A stretch of DNA of 64,000 nucleotides from assembly GCA_018813905.1 (NCBI GenBank), contig JAHJAO010000086.1, positions 702 through 64,701 of the forward strand. The letters are read 5' to 3'. Shown piece after piece: positions 11,138 through 20,704 of the stretch. The notes beneath the pieces are model-generated. The model did no database searches. It saw nothing but the letters and a program-made list of their open reading frames with translations, and was not told the origin of the DNA. The stretch is from Candidatus Omnitrophota bacterium. GTDB taxonomy: Bacteria > Omnitrophota > Gorgyraeia > B26-G9. Within the stretch, counting starts at the first letter, position 1. Each line of letters begins with the position of its first letter. The position numbers were made by a program, and so were the translations under genes.

Positions 11138-11165
11138 ATTATAACACCCGTGTCTTCAATGTCAA
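11138..11165 (-). promoter_or_regulatory. sigma70-type promoter for the minor pilin cluster
   Basis: Minus strand TTGACA-16 nt-TATAAT with TG extended -10; the -35 overlaps the alr stop codon; GAGG SD follows. Confidence 0.75.
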
Positions 11166-12293
11166 TCTCTTTTAAAGAACCGCGGTATTCGTTCGCTTAT
11201 CGCGCAGGAAATTTCATAAGGGATGGTGGAGCAAATTTTGGCCAAATCTTCAGCGCTCACCCGCTTCTTACCTGCCGCGCCGATTAGAATCACCTCATCG
11301 CCTATCTTTACCTTCGGGATATGCCCGACATCAACCATGATCTGGTCCATGCACACCCGGCCGATAACCCGAGCATATTTGTTGCGGATTATAACTTTTG
11401 CGCGGTTAGAAAGAGCGCGCATATAGCCGTCCGCATAGCCGACAGCCACGGTAGCAACACGGGTATTTGCGCGCGCGGTAAAGGTGCGGCCGTAACTTAT
11501 GCTGCGGCCGGCCGCTACATCTTTTAAATAGACAATCCGGCTTTTAAAACTCAATACCGGCTTTAAATCAAAAAATTCTTCTAAATTTTTGTGCGGATAC
11601 ATCCCGTAAAGCATAATTCCCGGCCGCACCATATTTAAAGACAAATCACGCAGCCTGCCTACGGCGCTGCTGTTGGAAGCGTGCTTGAACGGGATCTCTA
11701 TTTTTTTTGCCTTTAAGCGGCGCAGTAATCCTTCAAAAATTTCTACCTGTTTTCCCGTAAACGCCATGTCCGTATCCGCGCTGGAAAAATGCGTGTACAG
11801 CCCCTCGATAAATATCCGGTTAAGTTTTGCAACTTTCACAATAAAATCTTCCGCCGCCGTATGCCAGACGCCGATGCGGCCCATGCCCGTATCAATTTTT
11901 ATATGCACCGGAACTTTCTTCTTTCCCAACAGCCGCGCCCAGCGGTCTAAAAGCCGTGCCGTGCGGTAATCCGGCACGGTAACGCGAACATTCAATTTTA
12001 ACGCCTGCTTGATTTCAGAGGAAGAAAACATCGCCCCTAAAATCAAAATGGGCGTTTTGAGGCCGGCGCGTTTTAAAACCTGCGCCTCTTCCGTATTCGC
12101 CACGCCCAGGTAATCCGCTCCGCAATATGCGAGTATTTTCGCCGTTTCCACTATCCCATGGCCGTAAGCGTTGGCCTTTACCGGGGCCAGAATTTTTATG
12201 TTTTTTCCGACAATTTTTTTTTACCTGATGGAAATTATAAACTAAATTCCTCAAATTTATCTCGACCCAGGTTCGCTTATCTTTATTTTTCAT
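11162..12293 (-). pseudogene. alr: alanine racemase, frameshifted by one extra A in an A9 tract (plus-strand T run 12214-12222)
   Basis: Frame 1 gives MKNKDKRTWVEINLRNL..QVKK; the other frame continues IVGKNIKILAPVKANAYGHG..HIKIDTGMGRIG..RPGIMLYG..GYADG..GRVCMDQ; A8 would join them. Confidence 0.9.
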
Positions 12294-13000
12294 GCTTTTA
12301 CCCGTTTCTTTTTACTTTGAACCGTACAGGTATCCGGATAAAGGTATAACGCCGAGACGAAATCCGCGCGTTCCGCTTTGCCTGCCTGGCACCGGTTAAG
12401 ACATGCCTGCGCCAAAGCCTGTGCGTTCGGAAACCAAAAATCCGCCTTTGCCAGGGTGAATTTGCGCGTTATCAGCCGTTTGAGGTCCTGCTCGTATAAA
12501 CCCGCGCCGTCACCCGTAAAAACAATATCCTTTTTATACCTCGCTATTTTTTTCAAAAACCCCCCGAGTTTGCCCAGATAATAACCGGTTATCCGGACGG
12601 GATTTCCGGACCGGTTTTCATAAAGCGCGGCGTATACCTGCCCTCTTTTCGCGTCAATAACCGGGCAGATCAAGCCGCTGGTTTTATTTTTAAGCCCCCA
12701 GGCCAGAATATCCAGGCTGGGAACACCGGCAATCTTTACGCCTAAAGCCAACCCTAACCCCTTTACCAAAGCGATGCCGATACGGATACCCGTAAACGAT
12801 CCCGGGCCGATATCAACGCCCAAGAACCTTATATCATTTATCCGGATGCGGGCTCTTTTGAGCAGCCGTCCGATTTCATCCGGTAAAAGCTGCGCGTGCG
12901 CTTTTTCTCTTTCTTTGCGGCAAACCGCGATTACCTTACCCTGCCTGGCCAAGACCGCGCACAAAAATTTTGTAGACGTATCAATACCCAAAAATACCAT
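12290..13000 (-). CDS. tsaB: tRNA t6A biosynthesis protein TsaB
   Basis: LGIDTS, GPGSFTGIRIG, IDAKRGQVY. Confidence 0.95.
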   Translation of the reverse strand: MVFLGIDTSTKFLCAVLARQGKVIAVCRKEREKAHAQLLPDEIGRLLKRARIRINDIRFLGVDIGPGSFTGIRIGIALVKGLGLALGVKIAGVPSLDILAWGLKNKTSGLICPVIDAKRGQVYAALYENRSGNPVRITGYYLGKLGGFLKKIARYKKDIVFTGDGAGLYEQDLKRLITRKFTLAKADFWFPNAQALAQACLNRCQAGKAERADFVSALYLYPDTCTVQSKKKRVKA

Positions 13001-13022
13001 TTTAAAAATACCTTTTTTTCTA

Positions 13023-13508
13023 TTAGAAACGCAGTTTTTTCGTTATTCTTTTTAAAATATCCCGATGCCGCCGGCCCGCCGCGCAAAAAGAAAACCGGCG
13101 CCGGTTTTTACTTAAAAAATTGATGGTAATCCGTAAATGCTCAAGCGGCAAAATGCCTTTAGTTTTATCCGCCCATTCCACGGCCAAAACGCCTTTACGG
13201 TTAAGATAATCTTCCACTCCCAGCTCCATAATCCGCTCCTTCGATTCTAAGCGGTATAAATCAGAATGAAAAAAAGGCAGGCGGCCGCGGTGATATTCGC
13301 GCATTAACACAAACGACGGGCTGACTACGGAATGTTCGTCTATGCCCAAACCCCGCGCGATCCCTTTTGCCAGCATAGTTTTGCCCGAGCCGAGTTTGCC
13401 GCAAAGGGCAATTATGGTGTTTGGTTTTAAAAACGCGGCGATGGTTTCGCCCAGTTTCCGCGTCTTGTGCGGACTTTCCGTAATCAGGCTGAAGTTTTTC
13501 TTGGCCAA
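13023..13508 (-). CDS. tsaE: tRNA t6A biosynthesis ATPase TsaE
   Basis: GKLGSGKT, SPSFVLMREY, HSDLYRL, VEWAD. Confidence 0.95.
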   Translation of the reverse strand: MAKKNFSLITESPHKTRKLGETIAAFLKPNTIIALCGKLGSGKTMLAKGIARGLGIDEHSVVSPSFVLMREYHRGRLPFFHSDLYRLESKERIMELGVEDYLNRKGVLAVEWADKTKGILPLEHLRITINFLSKNRRRFSFCAAGRRHRDILKRITKKLRF

Positions 13509-13549
13509 ACTAATCTTCCCTTTTTTTTAAAACAATCTGTCCAAAATAC

Positions 13550-14476
13550 TCAGAAGTGCCTGAACCCGCCAGCCTTTAATTTTTTCCTTACGCCATTTTT
13601 GTCTTCCGCTTTCAAGCCGAAGTTACCGCTCTTTATCTGCCCGATACAGGATAATTTCGTTTTAAATTTTTCCGGCCAGGACTTGAGCAATTTTTTAGCA
13701 AGTCGTTTCGGCACGGTAAAAAGCAGTTCAAAATCTTCGCCCGCGTAATAAGCTTTTTCTATTCCATTTTCTCTTTTTGAAGCCAGCGGAATATTGTCTT
13801 GCCATAACAAAGCGCCGGCCCGGCTCGTACTTAAGATATGGCCTAAATCCGCAAGTAATCCGTCAGAAATATCAATCATTGAATTTAACTTGAAATTCCC
13901 GGCCAGATACTGCGCCTCAGGCAATCTCGGCGCGAATTTCAAATGTTTTCCCTTATCTGCCGCCCCTCCCAGCGTGCCGGTTACAAAAATATAATCGCCT
14001 TCTTTTGCCCGGCTTCTTAAAACCAAATTATTTTTTCTTACCGTCCCCGCAACAAAGGAGGCGATAACTATTTTTCTCGAGCAATTCGTATCCCCGCCCA
14101 CAACTTCGATGCCGTAATCCCGGGCGGTCCGGCGGATACCTTCGAATATCTTTTTGGCAAAAGATAAACTTAACTTTTTCGGCAGCCCGACACTGATCAG
14201 GGCGTAACGCGGGATACCGCCCATCGCGGCAATATCGCTGATGGAAACGGCGAGCGCTTTGTGGCCGATATCATAAGGCGGATGACTGCGCTTGAAATGA
14301 ACGTCTTCAAGCAGCATGTCGGTTGTCAGCAGCAAAAAGTTATCCCGGTTAAAAGGAATAACGGCCGTATCGTCGCCGATGCCGGAGATTATTTTTGGCT
14401 TTCCCGTTTTTTTTAAAAACAATCTCGAGATAAGTTTTATAAATCCGAATTCACCGACATCCATCAATTTTTTCAT
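13550..14476 (-). CDS. thiL: thiamine-monophosphate kinase
   Basis: GEFGFI, GIGDDTA, SDIAAMGG, GGDT, IDISDGL, GEDFELLF. Confidence 0.95.
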   Translation of the reverse strand: MKKLMDVGEFGFIKLISRLFLKKTGKPKIISGIGDDTAVIPFNRDNFLLLTTDMLLEDVHFKRSHPPYDIGHKALAVSISDIAAMGGIPRYALISVGLPKKLSLSFAKKIFEGIRRTARDYGIEVVGGDTNCSRKIVIASFVAGTVRKNNLVLRSRAKEGDYIFVTGTLGGAADKGKHLKFAPRLPEAQYLAGNFKLNSMIDISDGLLADLGHILSTSRAGALLWQDNIPLASKRENGIEKAYYAGEDFELLFTVPKRLAKKLLKSWPEKFKTKLSCIGQIKSGNFGLKAEDKNGVRKKLKAGGFRHF

Positions 14477-14478
14477 TT

Positions 14479-15516
14479 TCAAAATACACGCTTAATCTTT
14501 TGCGCGTAGGGAAAACGCAATACGGTCCTATCGGTTACTATCGCCGTAATCAACCGGGCGGGAACGACATCAAAGGCCGGATTATAGATTTTAACCTGAG
14601 CCAACGCTATCGGCTTCTTAAAAAATAACTCGCTTACTTCCTTGCCGCTGCGTTGTTCTATCGGTATCCGCGAACCGCTCGGCAGGCGCTTATCAACGGT
14701 TGAGTGAGGAGCAACAACATAAAAAGGCACGCGGTGCTGCCGCGCCAGGACCGCCAAGCTGTAGGAACCGATTTTGTTTGCGCTGTCGCCGTTGGCGGCA
14801 ATCCGGTCCGCTCCGATAAATACTTTATCGATTTTACCCTGCTGCATCAGGTATCCGGCCATGTTATCGCAGATCAAGGTAACATCGACTTTGTTCTTTT
14901 TAAGTTCCCAGCAGGTTAACCTCGCGCCTTGAAGCAAAGGCCGTGTTTCGCAGGCATATACTTTAATCCGCTTGCCCAACTGTTTTGCCCGGTAAACAGC
15001 CGAAAGCGCCGTGCCCAGGCCGACGGTAGCGAGTTGCCCGGTATTGCAATAAGTTAAAATGGTATCTTTATCTTTGATAAAACCCTGCGCCAAATCCGCC
15101 ATCTTCCGGCAGCTGGCAATTTCCTCGTTTGATATGAGCTTTGCCTCATCAAGCATAAGCTTTTTTATCGCGGCAATATTTTCGTGTTTATTTTTCAACA
15201 CCACATTTTTTACCCGCTTAAGCGCCCAGACAAGATTGACCGCGGTCGGGCGCGCGGACGCCAGATATTTAAACAGTATGTCCGTCTTTTTCTTAAGCTG
15301 CGCGTAGTTTCGTATTTTTTTATTATTTACGCCAAGCACCAGGCCAAACGCCGCCGCAACGCCAATAGCCGGCGCACCGCGCACTTTCAAAACACGAATA
15401 GCTTCCCGCGCCTGGCGCACATCCGAACAGCTAACATAAACCACCTTTGCCGGCAGTTTCGTCTGGTCGAGAAGAACCATCTTCCCTTTTTTCCAAGCGA
15501 CACTTTGAATCTTCAT
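14479..15516 (-). CDS. mtnA: S-methyl-5-thioribose-1-phosphate isomerase
   Basis: LDQTKLP, VRGAPAIG, RPTAVNL, ETRPLLQGARLT, GDSANKIG, NPAFDV. Confidence 0.93.
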   Translation of the reverse strand: MKIQSVAWKKGKMVLLDQTKLPAKVVYVSCSDVRQAREAIRVLKVRGAPAIGVAAAFGLVLGVNNKKIRNYAQLKKKTDILFKYLASARPTAVNLVWALKRVKNVVLKNKHENIAAIKKLMLDEAKLISNEEIASCRKMADLAQGFIKDKDTILTYCNTGQLATVGLGTALSAVYRAKQLGKRIKVYACETRPLLQGARLTCWELKKNKVDVTLICDNMAGYLMQQGKIDKVFIGADRIAANGDSANKIGSYSLAVLARQHRVPFYVVAPHSTVDKRLPSGSRIPIEQRSGKEVSELFFKKPIALAQVKIYNPAFDVVPARLITAIVTDRTVLRFPYAQKIKRVF

Positions 15517-15531
15517 CAGCTTTTTCCTGTT

Positions 15532-16491
15532 CTAGTGTTTATTATTAGCGTTTCTCTGCTGGTACACCACTTGCTTAAACCGCTCAAGGTCGACTTTGCG
15601 GCCCCAGATATTAGTCTGGTCCCGGCCTAATCTCTTGGACTGATAAAGAGCGACATCGGCTTGGGCAATCATTTCATCCACCACCATCGATCCGCCGTCT
15701 AAAAACGAACTAATGCCGCAGCTGAAAGTAACTTTTATAGAATGCTGAGGCGCGCCTAAATCTTTTTCCTTAACGATTATTCTTAGCCGTTCCATTAAGA
15801 TATAAGCGCCTTCATATCCGGTTTCAAGAAGCACCAACCCAAATTCATCGCCGCCAAAGCGGCAAATAATATCCGTAGAACGCATATTGCACCGCAATAC
15901 CGAAGCCACGCCCTTTATGACTTTATCCCCGACCGGGTGCCCGTAAGTATCGTTTATGTTTTTGAAATGGTCAATATCCACGATTACGCCGCAAAAATCC
16001 CGTTTATACCTGCGGCCCCGTTCAAATTCGTCGGCAAGCCGCTGCTGAAAATAGCGGCGGTTATAAATATAAGTAAGGCTGTCAATAACGGTAAGGCGGA
16101 ATAAGTCGTCATACACCTTTTTTAATTTTAAAAGATTTTTAATCCGCAAGAGTAATTCCCGTTCGTCCCCGCCCTTGGTCAGAAAATCAGAAGCGCCCAG
16201 TTCCAAACCCAGTAATTTATTATCGAGGTTGCCGCTGGAAGTAAGAAAAAGGATCGGCAAACTCGCCAGGTTTTCATTCTGCCGGATGCGTTTACAGATT
16301 TCGAAGCCGTCCATACCCGGAAGATATATATCCAAAATCACCAAATCCGGCGTTTCTTTTTCCAGCGCCGGCAGCACAAGTTCGCCCTTATCGATATGGG
16401 TTACTCTATAATTCGGTTCTTTATCCAGGCTCTTCTTTAAACGCTCAAAATCATTTTTATCGTCTTCCACTACCAGAATTTTGGCTTTCAC
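15532..16491 (-). CDS. response regulator receiver / diguanylate cyclase (REC-GGDEF)
   Basis: REC (VVEDD, LDIYLPGMDG); GGDEF domain DSLT..YNRR, DIDHFKNINDTYGH, RSTD I-site, RFGGDEF. Confidence 0.93.
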   Translation of the reverse strand: MKAKILVVEDDKNDFERLKKSLDKEPNYRVTHIDKGELVLPALEKETPDLVILDIYLPGMDGFEICKRIRQNENLASLPILFLTSSGNLDNKLLGLELGASDFLTKGGDERELLLRIKNLLKLKKVYDDLFRLTVIDSLTYIYNRRYFQQRLADEFERGRRYKRDFCGVIVDIDHFKNINDTYGHPVGDKVIKGVASVLRCNMRSTDIICRFGGDEFGLVLLETGYEGAYILMERLRIIVKEKDLGAPQHSIKVTFSCGISSFLDGGSMVVDEMIAQADVALYQSKRLGRDQTNIWGRKVDLERFKQVVYQQRNANNKH

Positions 16492-17582
16492 TCTTGTCGC
16501 CTCCTATTTAAAAACCGGATATAAATTGCGTTATTCGGACAAACCTCGCCGCAGCAAAAACAAAGAATACAACGCTGCGGATTTATTGACAACTTGTCCG
16601 AGGCAAGGATTATCGCCTGCTGCGGACAAGAATTCTTGCACATAAAACACAGGTTGCATCTTTTCCGGTCAATCCCGATCACAAGCGGTATAACTTTTAG
16701 AATTGTCCGGCTAATAATATTCGGCAGCTTGAACAGCTTCGCTATCCGCGGCGGTTTAAATCCAGCTGCCAAAACCTCGCCTATTTTTTCACCGACAATA
16801 TTAATCTTAGCTATATCCGCCTCTCCCAAGCCCAACTTATAAGCCTCTCGGGTACTAACCACATCCCCAGCGTTTAACCCGACTATTTTTGAAATTACAC
16901 TATCCAGCGCCACGGCATCGCTGGCTGCGAGTACAAGCCCGATTTTTATCGGCCGGCCGGAACTTGGGCCATCGCCGTCCATAGCCTCGATGGCGTCAAG
17001 GATGGTTAAATGCGGTCGCACCATCCCGTAAATCTTCGCGATCAAAGAGCTAAACTCCCGGTGGTTCGGAGCCTGTTTATGACAATATACCTTATACAAT
17101 CCCGGGATAAAACCAAATACATTTTTCACCCCTGCGGTTATCGTCGTTAAGTTGTGTGTTTTAAACTTGGGTAAAGACACGCAAACATCAACCTGCCGCA
17201 AAAGTTCCGCAAAGGGAATACCGTTTATTTCTATAATCCGGTCGAATTTTACCAGATTAACTTTTTCTTCCCGGCAGACCTGAGTAATACCGCACTTCTC
17301 ATAAACCGCATCTATTTTTACCAGTCCCGCCGGGCTGTCCCCGACAAATATCTGAGTTTCTTTTTCTTTAAAAACTCTAATCACCGCCCGCACGAATTCC
17401 GGGTGCGTGGTAACCGCCTCATCCGGTCGTGCCGCCCTTAACAGGTTTGGCTTTATCAATACCTTCTGCCCGGGCAAAACAAATTTATCTATACCGCCGA
17501 CCAATCCAATAGCTGCCTTAACTGCCTTGTATGTTTGTTGAAAATTATAGTCTGCGCAGCGGACCAGGCTTACCGTGCTCAT
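16488..17582 (-). CDS. DUF362 domain protein with C-terminal 2x[4Fe-4S] ferredoxin domain
   Basis: KVLIKPNLL, TTHPE, SLPKFKTH, KNVFG, GDGPSSG; CxxCxxCxxxCP twice at the C-terminus. Confidence 0.88.
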   Translation of the reverse strand: MSTVSLVRCADYNFQQTYKAVKAAIGLVGGIDKFVLPGQKVLIKPNLLRAARPDEAVTTHPEFVRAVIRVFKEKETQIFVGDSPAGLVKIDAVYEKCGITQVCREEKVNLVKFDRIIEINGIPFAELLRQVDVCVSLPKFKTHNLTTITAGVKNVFGFIPGLYKVYCHKQAPNHREFSSLIAKIYGMVRPHLTILDAIEAMDGDGPSSGRPIKIGLVLAASDAVALDSVISKIVGLNAGDVVSTREAYKLGLGEADIAKINIVGEKIGEVLAAGFKPPRIAKLFKLPNIISRTILKVIPLVIGIDRKRCNLCFMCKNSCPQQAIILASDKLSINPQRCILCFCCGEVCPNNAIYIRFLNRRRQE

Positions 17583-17610
17583 CTTAAAATTTGGCAATCT
17601 GTTTAAAAAG

Positions 17611-18411
17611 TTAATTCAGCGAGAAAAGTTTATAAGCATTTTCCGTAGTAACCCGGCAAATTTCGGCCGTAGCTATTCTTTTTATTCCGGCAATCTCCTG
17701 CGCTGTAAATTTAAGGTAAGCCGGCTCGTTCCGCTTCCCGCGTAATGTCTGCGGCGCCAGATACGGCGCATCCGTCTCCAAAAGCAGCCGCTTAAGGGGC
17801 GTATAGCTAACCAACTCCCTTAAGTTTTGCGAATTCTTATAAGTGATATTCGCGGTAAAAGAAATATACAGGCCTAAATCAAGACACGTCCGCAAAAATT
17901 TCTTATCCTGCGAAAAACAATGCATCACGCCCCGCATACCGGCTTTACCCTCTTTTGTGATTACCGAAAGCATATCTTGTGCCGCATCCCGGCAGTGAAA
18001 GATTAAAGGTAATTTTAATTCCGCGGCCAACTGCATAAAACCTGCCAACATCCTTCGCTGTTTGGCTTTTGACTCGTCAATCCCACAGGCTTTACTTTGT
18101 GTTTTGCCGAGACGATAATAGTCCAAGCCGACTTCTCCGATAGCTACTACTTTGGTATTTTTAGCTAAAGACCGGATTATCTCTATAGCTTTTTCTCCTT
18201 GCAGTTCGTTAACATAATGCGGATGAACGCCCACGGCGGCAAAAATATCCGTATAACTGGCGGCCAAATCCACGGATTGCTTTGATGTCGCCATATCCGC
18301 GGCCACATTTATAATGATTTTTACATCTTGCTCTTGAGCGCGTTTTATAACCAGATCCCTGTCCGCATCGAACTGTGAAAAATTTAAATGGCAATGCGTA
18401 TCAACTAACAT
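17611..18411 (-). CDS. tatD: TatD family deoxyribonuclease
   Basis: DTHCHL, GVHPH, IGEVGLDYY, HCRDA, HCFS, LETDAPYLAP, RNEP. Confidence 0.93.
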   Translation of the reverse strand: MLVDTHCHLNFSQFDADRDLVIKRAQEQDVKIIINVAADMATSKQSVDLAASYTDIFAAVGVHPHYVNELQGEKAIEIIRSLAKNTKVVAIGEVGLDYYRLGKTQSKACGIDESKAKQRRMLAGFMQLAAELKLPLIFHCRDAAQDMLSVITKEGKAGMRGVMHCFSQDKKFLRTCLDLGLYISFTANITYKNSQNLRELVSYTPLKRLLLETDAPYLAPQTLRGKRNEPAYLKFTAQEIAGIKRIATAEICRVTTENAYKLFSLN

Positions 18412-19876
18412 TCTCAATCCGCGGAAAAAGCGGCTCGCCCTTTTTTAGAATTTGCGCCGCAAACTGTTTTCTGATTTTCTCGGCGGTCTGCGGCATAAAG
18501 GGGGCCAACTGTTCTCGTACCCTATTTATAACATAAACCAGCGTAAAAATAAAGCCGCCCAGCTGCTCGGCTTTTTTTTCCTTAAACAACACCCAAGGCT
18601 TTGTATCTTCGACAAACTTATTGGCCGCGTTAACCAGTTCCCAAATTTTAGCCAGCGCCTGGTTAAAATTATACTGGGCCATCTCTTTTTCTACCGTCTC
18701 GGGCAGCATATCGGCGGCGGTTAAAAGTTCGCTGTCCAGTTTTTCCCGTTTTATGGCCGGCACTTTGCCCTGATAATATTTTTCCACCATCGTCAGCGTA
18801 CGGTGCACAAGATTACCCAGGTCATTGGCCAGGTCGCTGTTTATCCGGCGGATAAGCGCGGCTTCCGAAAAATTTCCGTCTTCTCCCAACGAAAACTCTC
18901 TTAAGAAAAAATACCGTAAACTATCCGAACCGTATTTTTCGATCAGTTCCACGATATCTGTTCCGGCGGCACTTTTGCTTTTTGATATCTTTTCGCCGCC
19001 GAGATTTATAAACCCGTGCACACAAATACGCCGCGGCAGCTCAATTCCCGCCGCCAGCAATATCGCCGGCCAGACCATAGCGTGAAACCAGAGGATATCT
19101 TTACCGATAATGTGCATATCCGCCGGCCAAAACGTCTCAAACCTCTTTCCTTCGGGCCAATCCAACGCGCTGATATAATTGATTAAAGCGTCAAACCAGA
19201 CAAAGATGACCTGGTCTTTATCGTTGGGCAGGGGGATCCCCCATTTAAAATTTGAACGCGATACGCTTAAATCCCGCACCCCCTCTTTAATCCGGTTAAT
19301 TATTTCATTACGCCGCGTTTTTGGCATTATAAAATTTTCGTTTTTATTCATGTAATCCAAAACCGCCTGCTGGTATTTGCTCATTTTAAAAAAGTAGCCT
19401 TCCGCTTCCATCCAATCAGGTTTACGAGCGTGAATGGGGCAATTGCCCTCTTTTAAATCGCGTTCTAAATAATACGACTCACAATCGATACAGTAAAAAC
19501 CTTCATATTTGCCTTTATAGATGTCTCCTTTTTCGAGCACCCGGGAAAAAATACGTTCGGCCGCTTTAATATGGCGTTCTTGGGTTGTACGGATAAAATC
19601 GTCGCATGAAATATCCAGCATCCGGCACAATTCCATAAATTTTCCCGACATCCGGCCAACAAAATCTTCAATGCTTTCTTGTGAAAGCGCGGCATATTTC
19701 TCCATCTTTTGGCCGTGCTCATCGGTGCCGGTGAGAAAAAAAACATTCTTGCCTTTTTTTCTCTGCCAACGGGCGATAACATCAGCTATTATTTTTTCGT
19801 AAGCATGACCGATATGTGGCGGGCCGGACGGATAATCAATCGCGGTGGTAATATAAAACTTATCTTCTTTTTTCAT
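18401..19876 (-). CDS. metG: methionine--tRNA ligase (short form, no C-terminal dimerisation domain)
   Basis: YITTAIDY, HIGH, GTDEHGQK, VWFDALINY, GKDILWFH, KISKS. Confidence 0.95.
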   Translation of the reverse strand: MKKEDKFYITTAIDYPSGPPHIGHAYEKIIADVIARWQRKKGKNVFFLTGTDEHGQKMEKYAALSQESIEDFVGRMSGKFMELCRMLDISCDDFIRTTQERHIKAAERIFSRVLEKGDIYKGKYEGFYCIDCESYYLERDLKEGNCPIHARKPDWMEAEGYFFKMSKYQQAVLDYMNKNENFIMPKTRRNEIINRIKEGVRDLSVSRSNFKWGIPLPNDKDQVIFVWFDALINYISALDWPEGKRFETFWPADMHIIGKDILWFHAMVWPAILLAAGIELPRRICVHGFINLGGEKISKSKSAAGTDIVELIEKYGSDSLRYFFLREFSLGEDGNFSEAALIRRINSDLANDLGNLVHRTLTMVEKYYQGKVPAIKREKLDSELLTAADMLPETVEKEMAQYNFNQALAKIWELVNAANKFVEDTKPWVLFKEKKAEQLGGFIFTLVYVINRVREQLAPFMPQTAEKIRKQFAAQILKKGEPLFPRIENVS

Positions 19877-20684
19877 CCTCTTTCTGCTCTTTACGGTTTT
19901 CTTTTAAACAAATCTCTATTTTTCTTTCATCTTCCAGCTCCACGACATATTTCTGTTTCAATGTCTGCACGCTTATCACCCGGCCTTTTCCTTCGCCGGT
20001 TTCCACATATTGGCCTTCCTTGGGAAGAGATTTTGAATATTCTTTATAGGTCTGATACTCATACCCCAGACAACACATCAAGCGGCCGCAGCAGCCGGAA
20101 ATTTTCTCAGGGTTCAAAGGCATATTTTGCTGTTTGGCCATACGGATCGTCACCGGTTCAAAATCTTTAAGAAAAGACGAACAGCACAACCTGCGGCCGC
20201 AGCAGCCGAAACCGTCAAACATTTTGACCTCATCTCTTACTCCGATCTGTTTGAGTTCGATCCGGGCTTTAAACAGCGACGCCAGATCCCGCACCAGCTC
20301 CCGGAAATCAACCCGGCCTTCGGCGGTGAAATAAAAAATTATCTTACTGCGGTCAAAAGAATATTCTGCCTCTACCAGTTTCATGGATAACTTGCGTTCT
20401 TCGATTTTTCTCGCCGTGGTATCAAAAACATTGCTGATATCTTGTTTATTCTTCCCGATTTGAGCCAGATCCTGCGCTGTAGCTTTACGGACAACGCGCC
20501 GGATCACGCCTTCCGGTTTATTTTTACTCGTTTGCGTGCCGTCGGAAATAATCTGCCCGTAATCCAAGCCGCGCTCCGATTCGATAATTATGATATCGTG
20601 TGTTTTTATCTCTAAGTTATTACTGTCAAAAAACGCACTTTTCCCCTGCCGCCGCAATTTAACTTCTATAAGTTTACCAGACAT
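19860..20684 (-). CDS. ricT: PSP1-domain / RicT (YaaT) family Fe-S protein
   Basis: GRVDFRELV, IGVRDE, GCCGRRLCC, KISGCCGRLMCCL; conserved tmk-holB-ricT-metG synteny. Confidence 0.9.
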   Translation of the reverse strand: MSGKLIEVKLRRQGKSAFFDSNNLEIKTHDIIIIESERGLDYGQIISDGTQTSKNKPEGVIRRVVRKATAQDLAQIGKNKQDISNVFDTTARKIEERKLSMKLVEAEYSFDRSKIIFYFTAEGRVDFRELVRDLASLFKARIELKQIGVRDEVKMFDGFGCCGRRLCCSSFLKDFEPVTIRMAKQQNMPLNPEKISGCCGRLMCCLGYEYQTYKEYSKSLPKEGQYVETGEGKGRVISVQTLKQKYVVELEDERKIEICLKENRKEQKEDEKRR

Positions 20685-20704
20685 ATTCACCTCTTAAAAT
20701 TAAT

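Noticed and set aside
12015-12293. 92-aa ORF as an independent gene
   Set aside because: It is the alr N-terminus read past the frameshift
18401-19876. Short MetRS with KISKS instead of KMSKS
   Set aside because: Monomeric MetRS lacking the C-terminal domain and KMSKS variants are within known family variation
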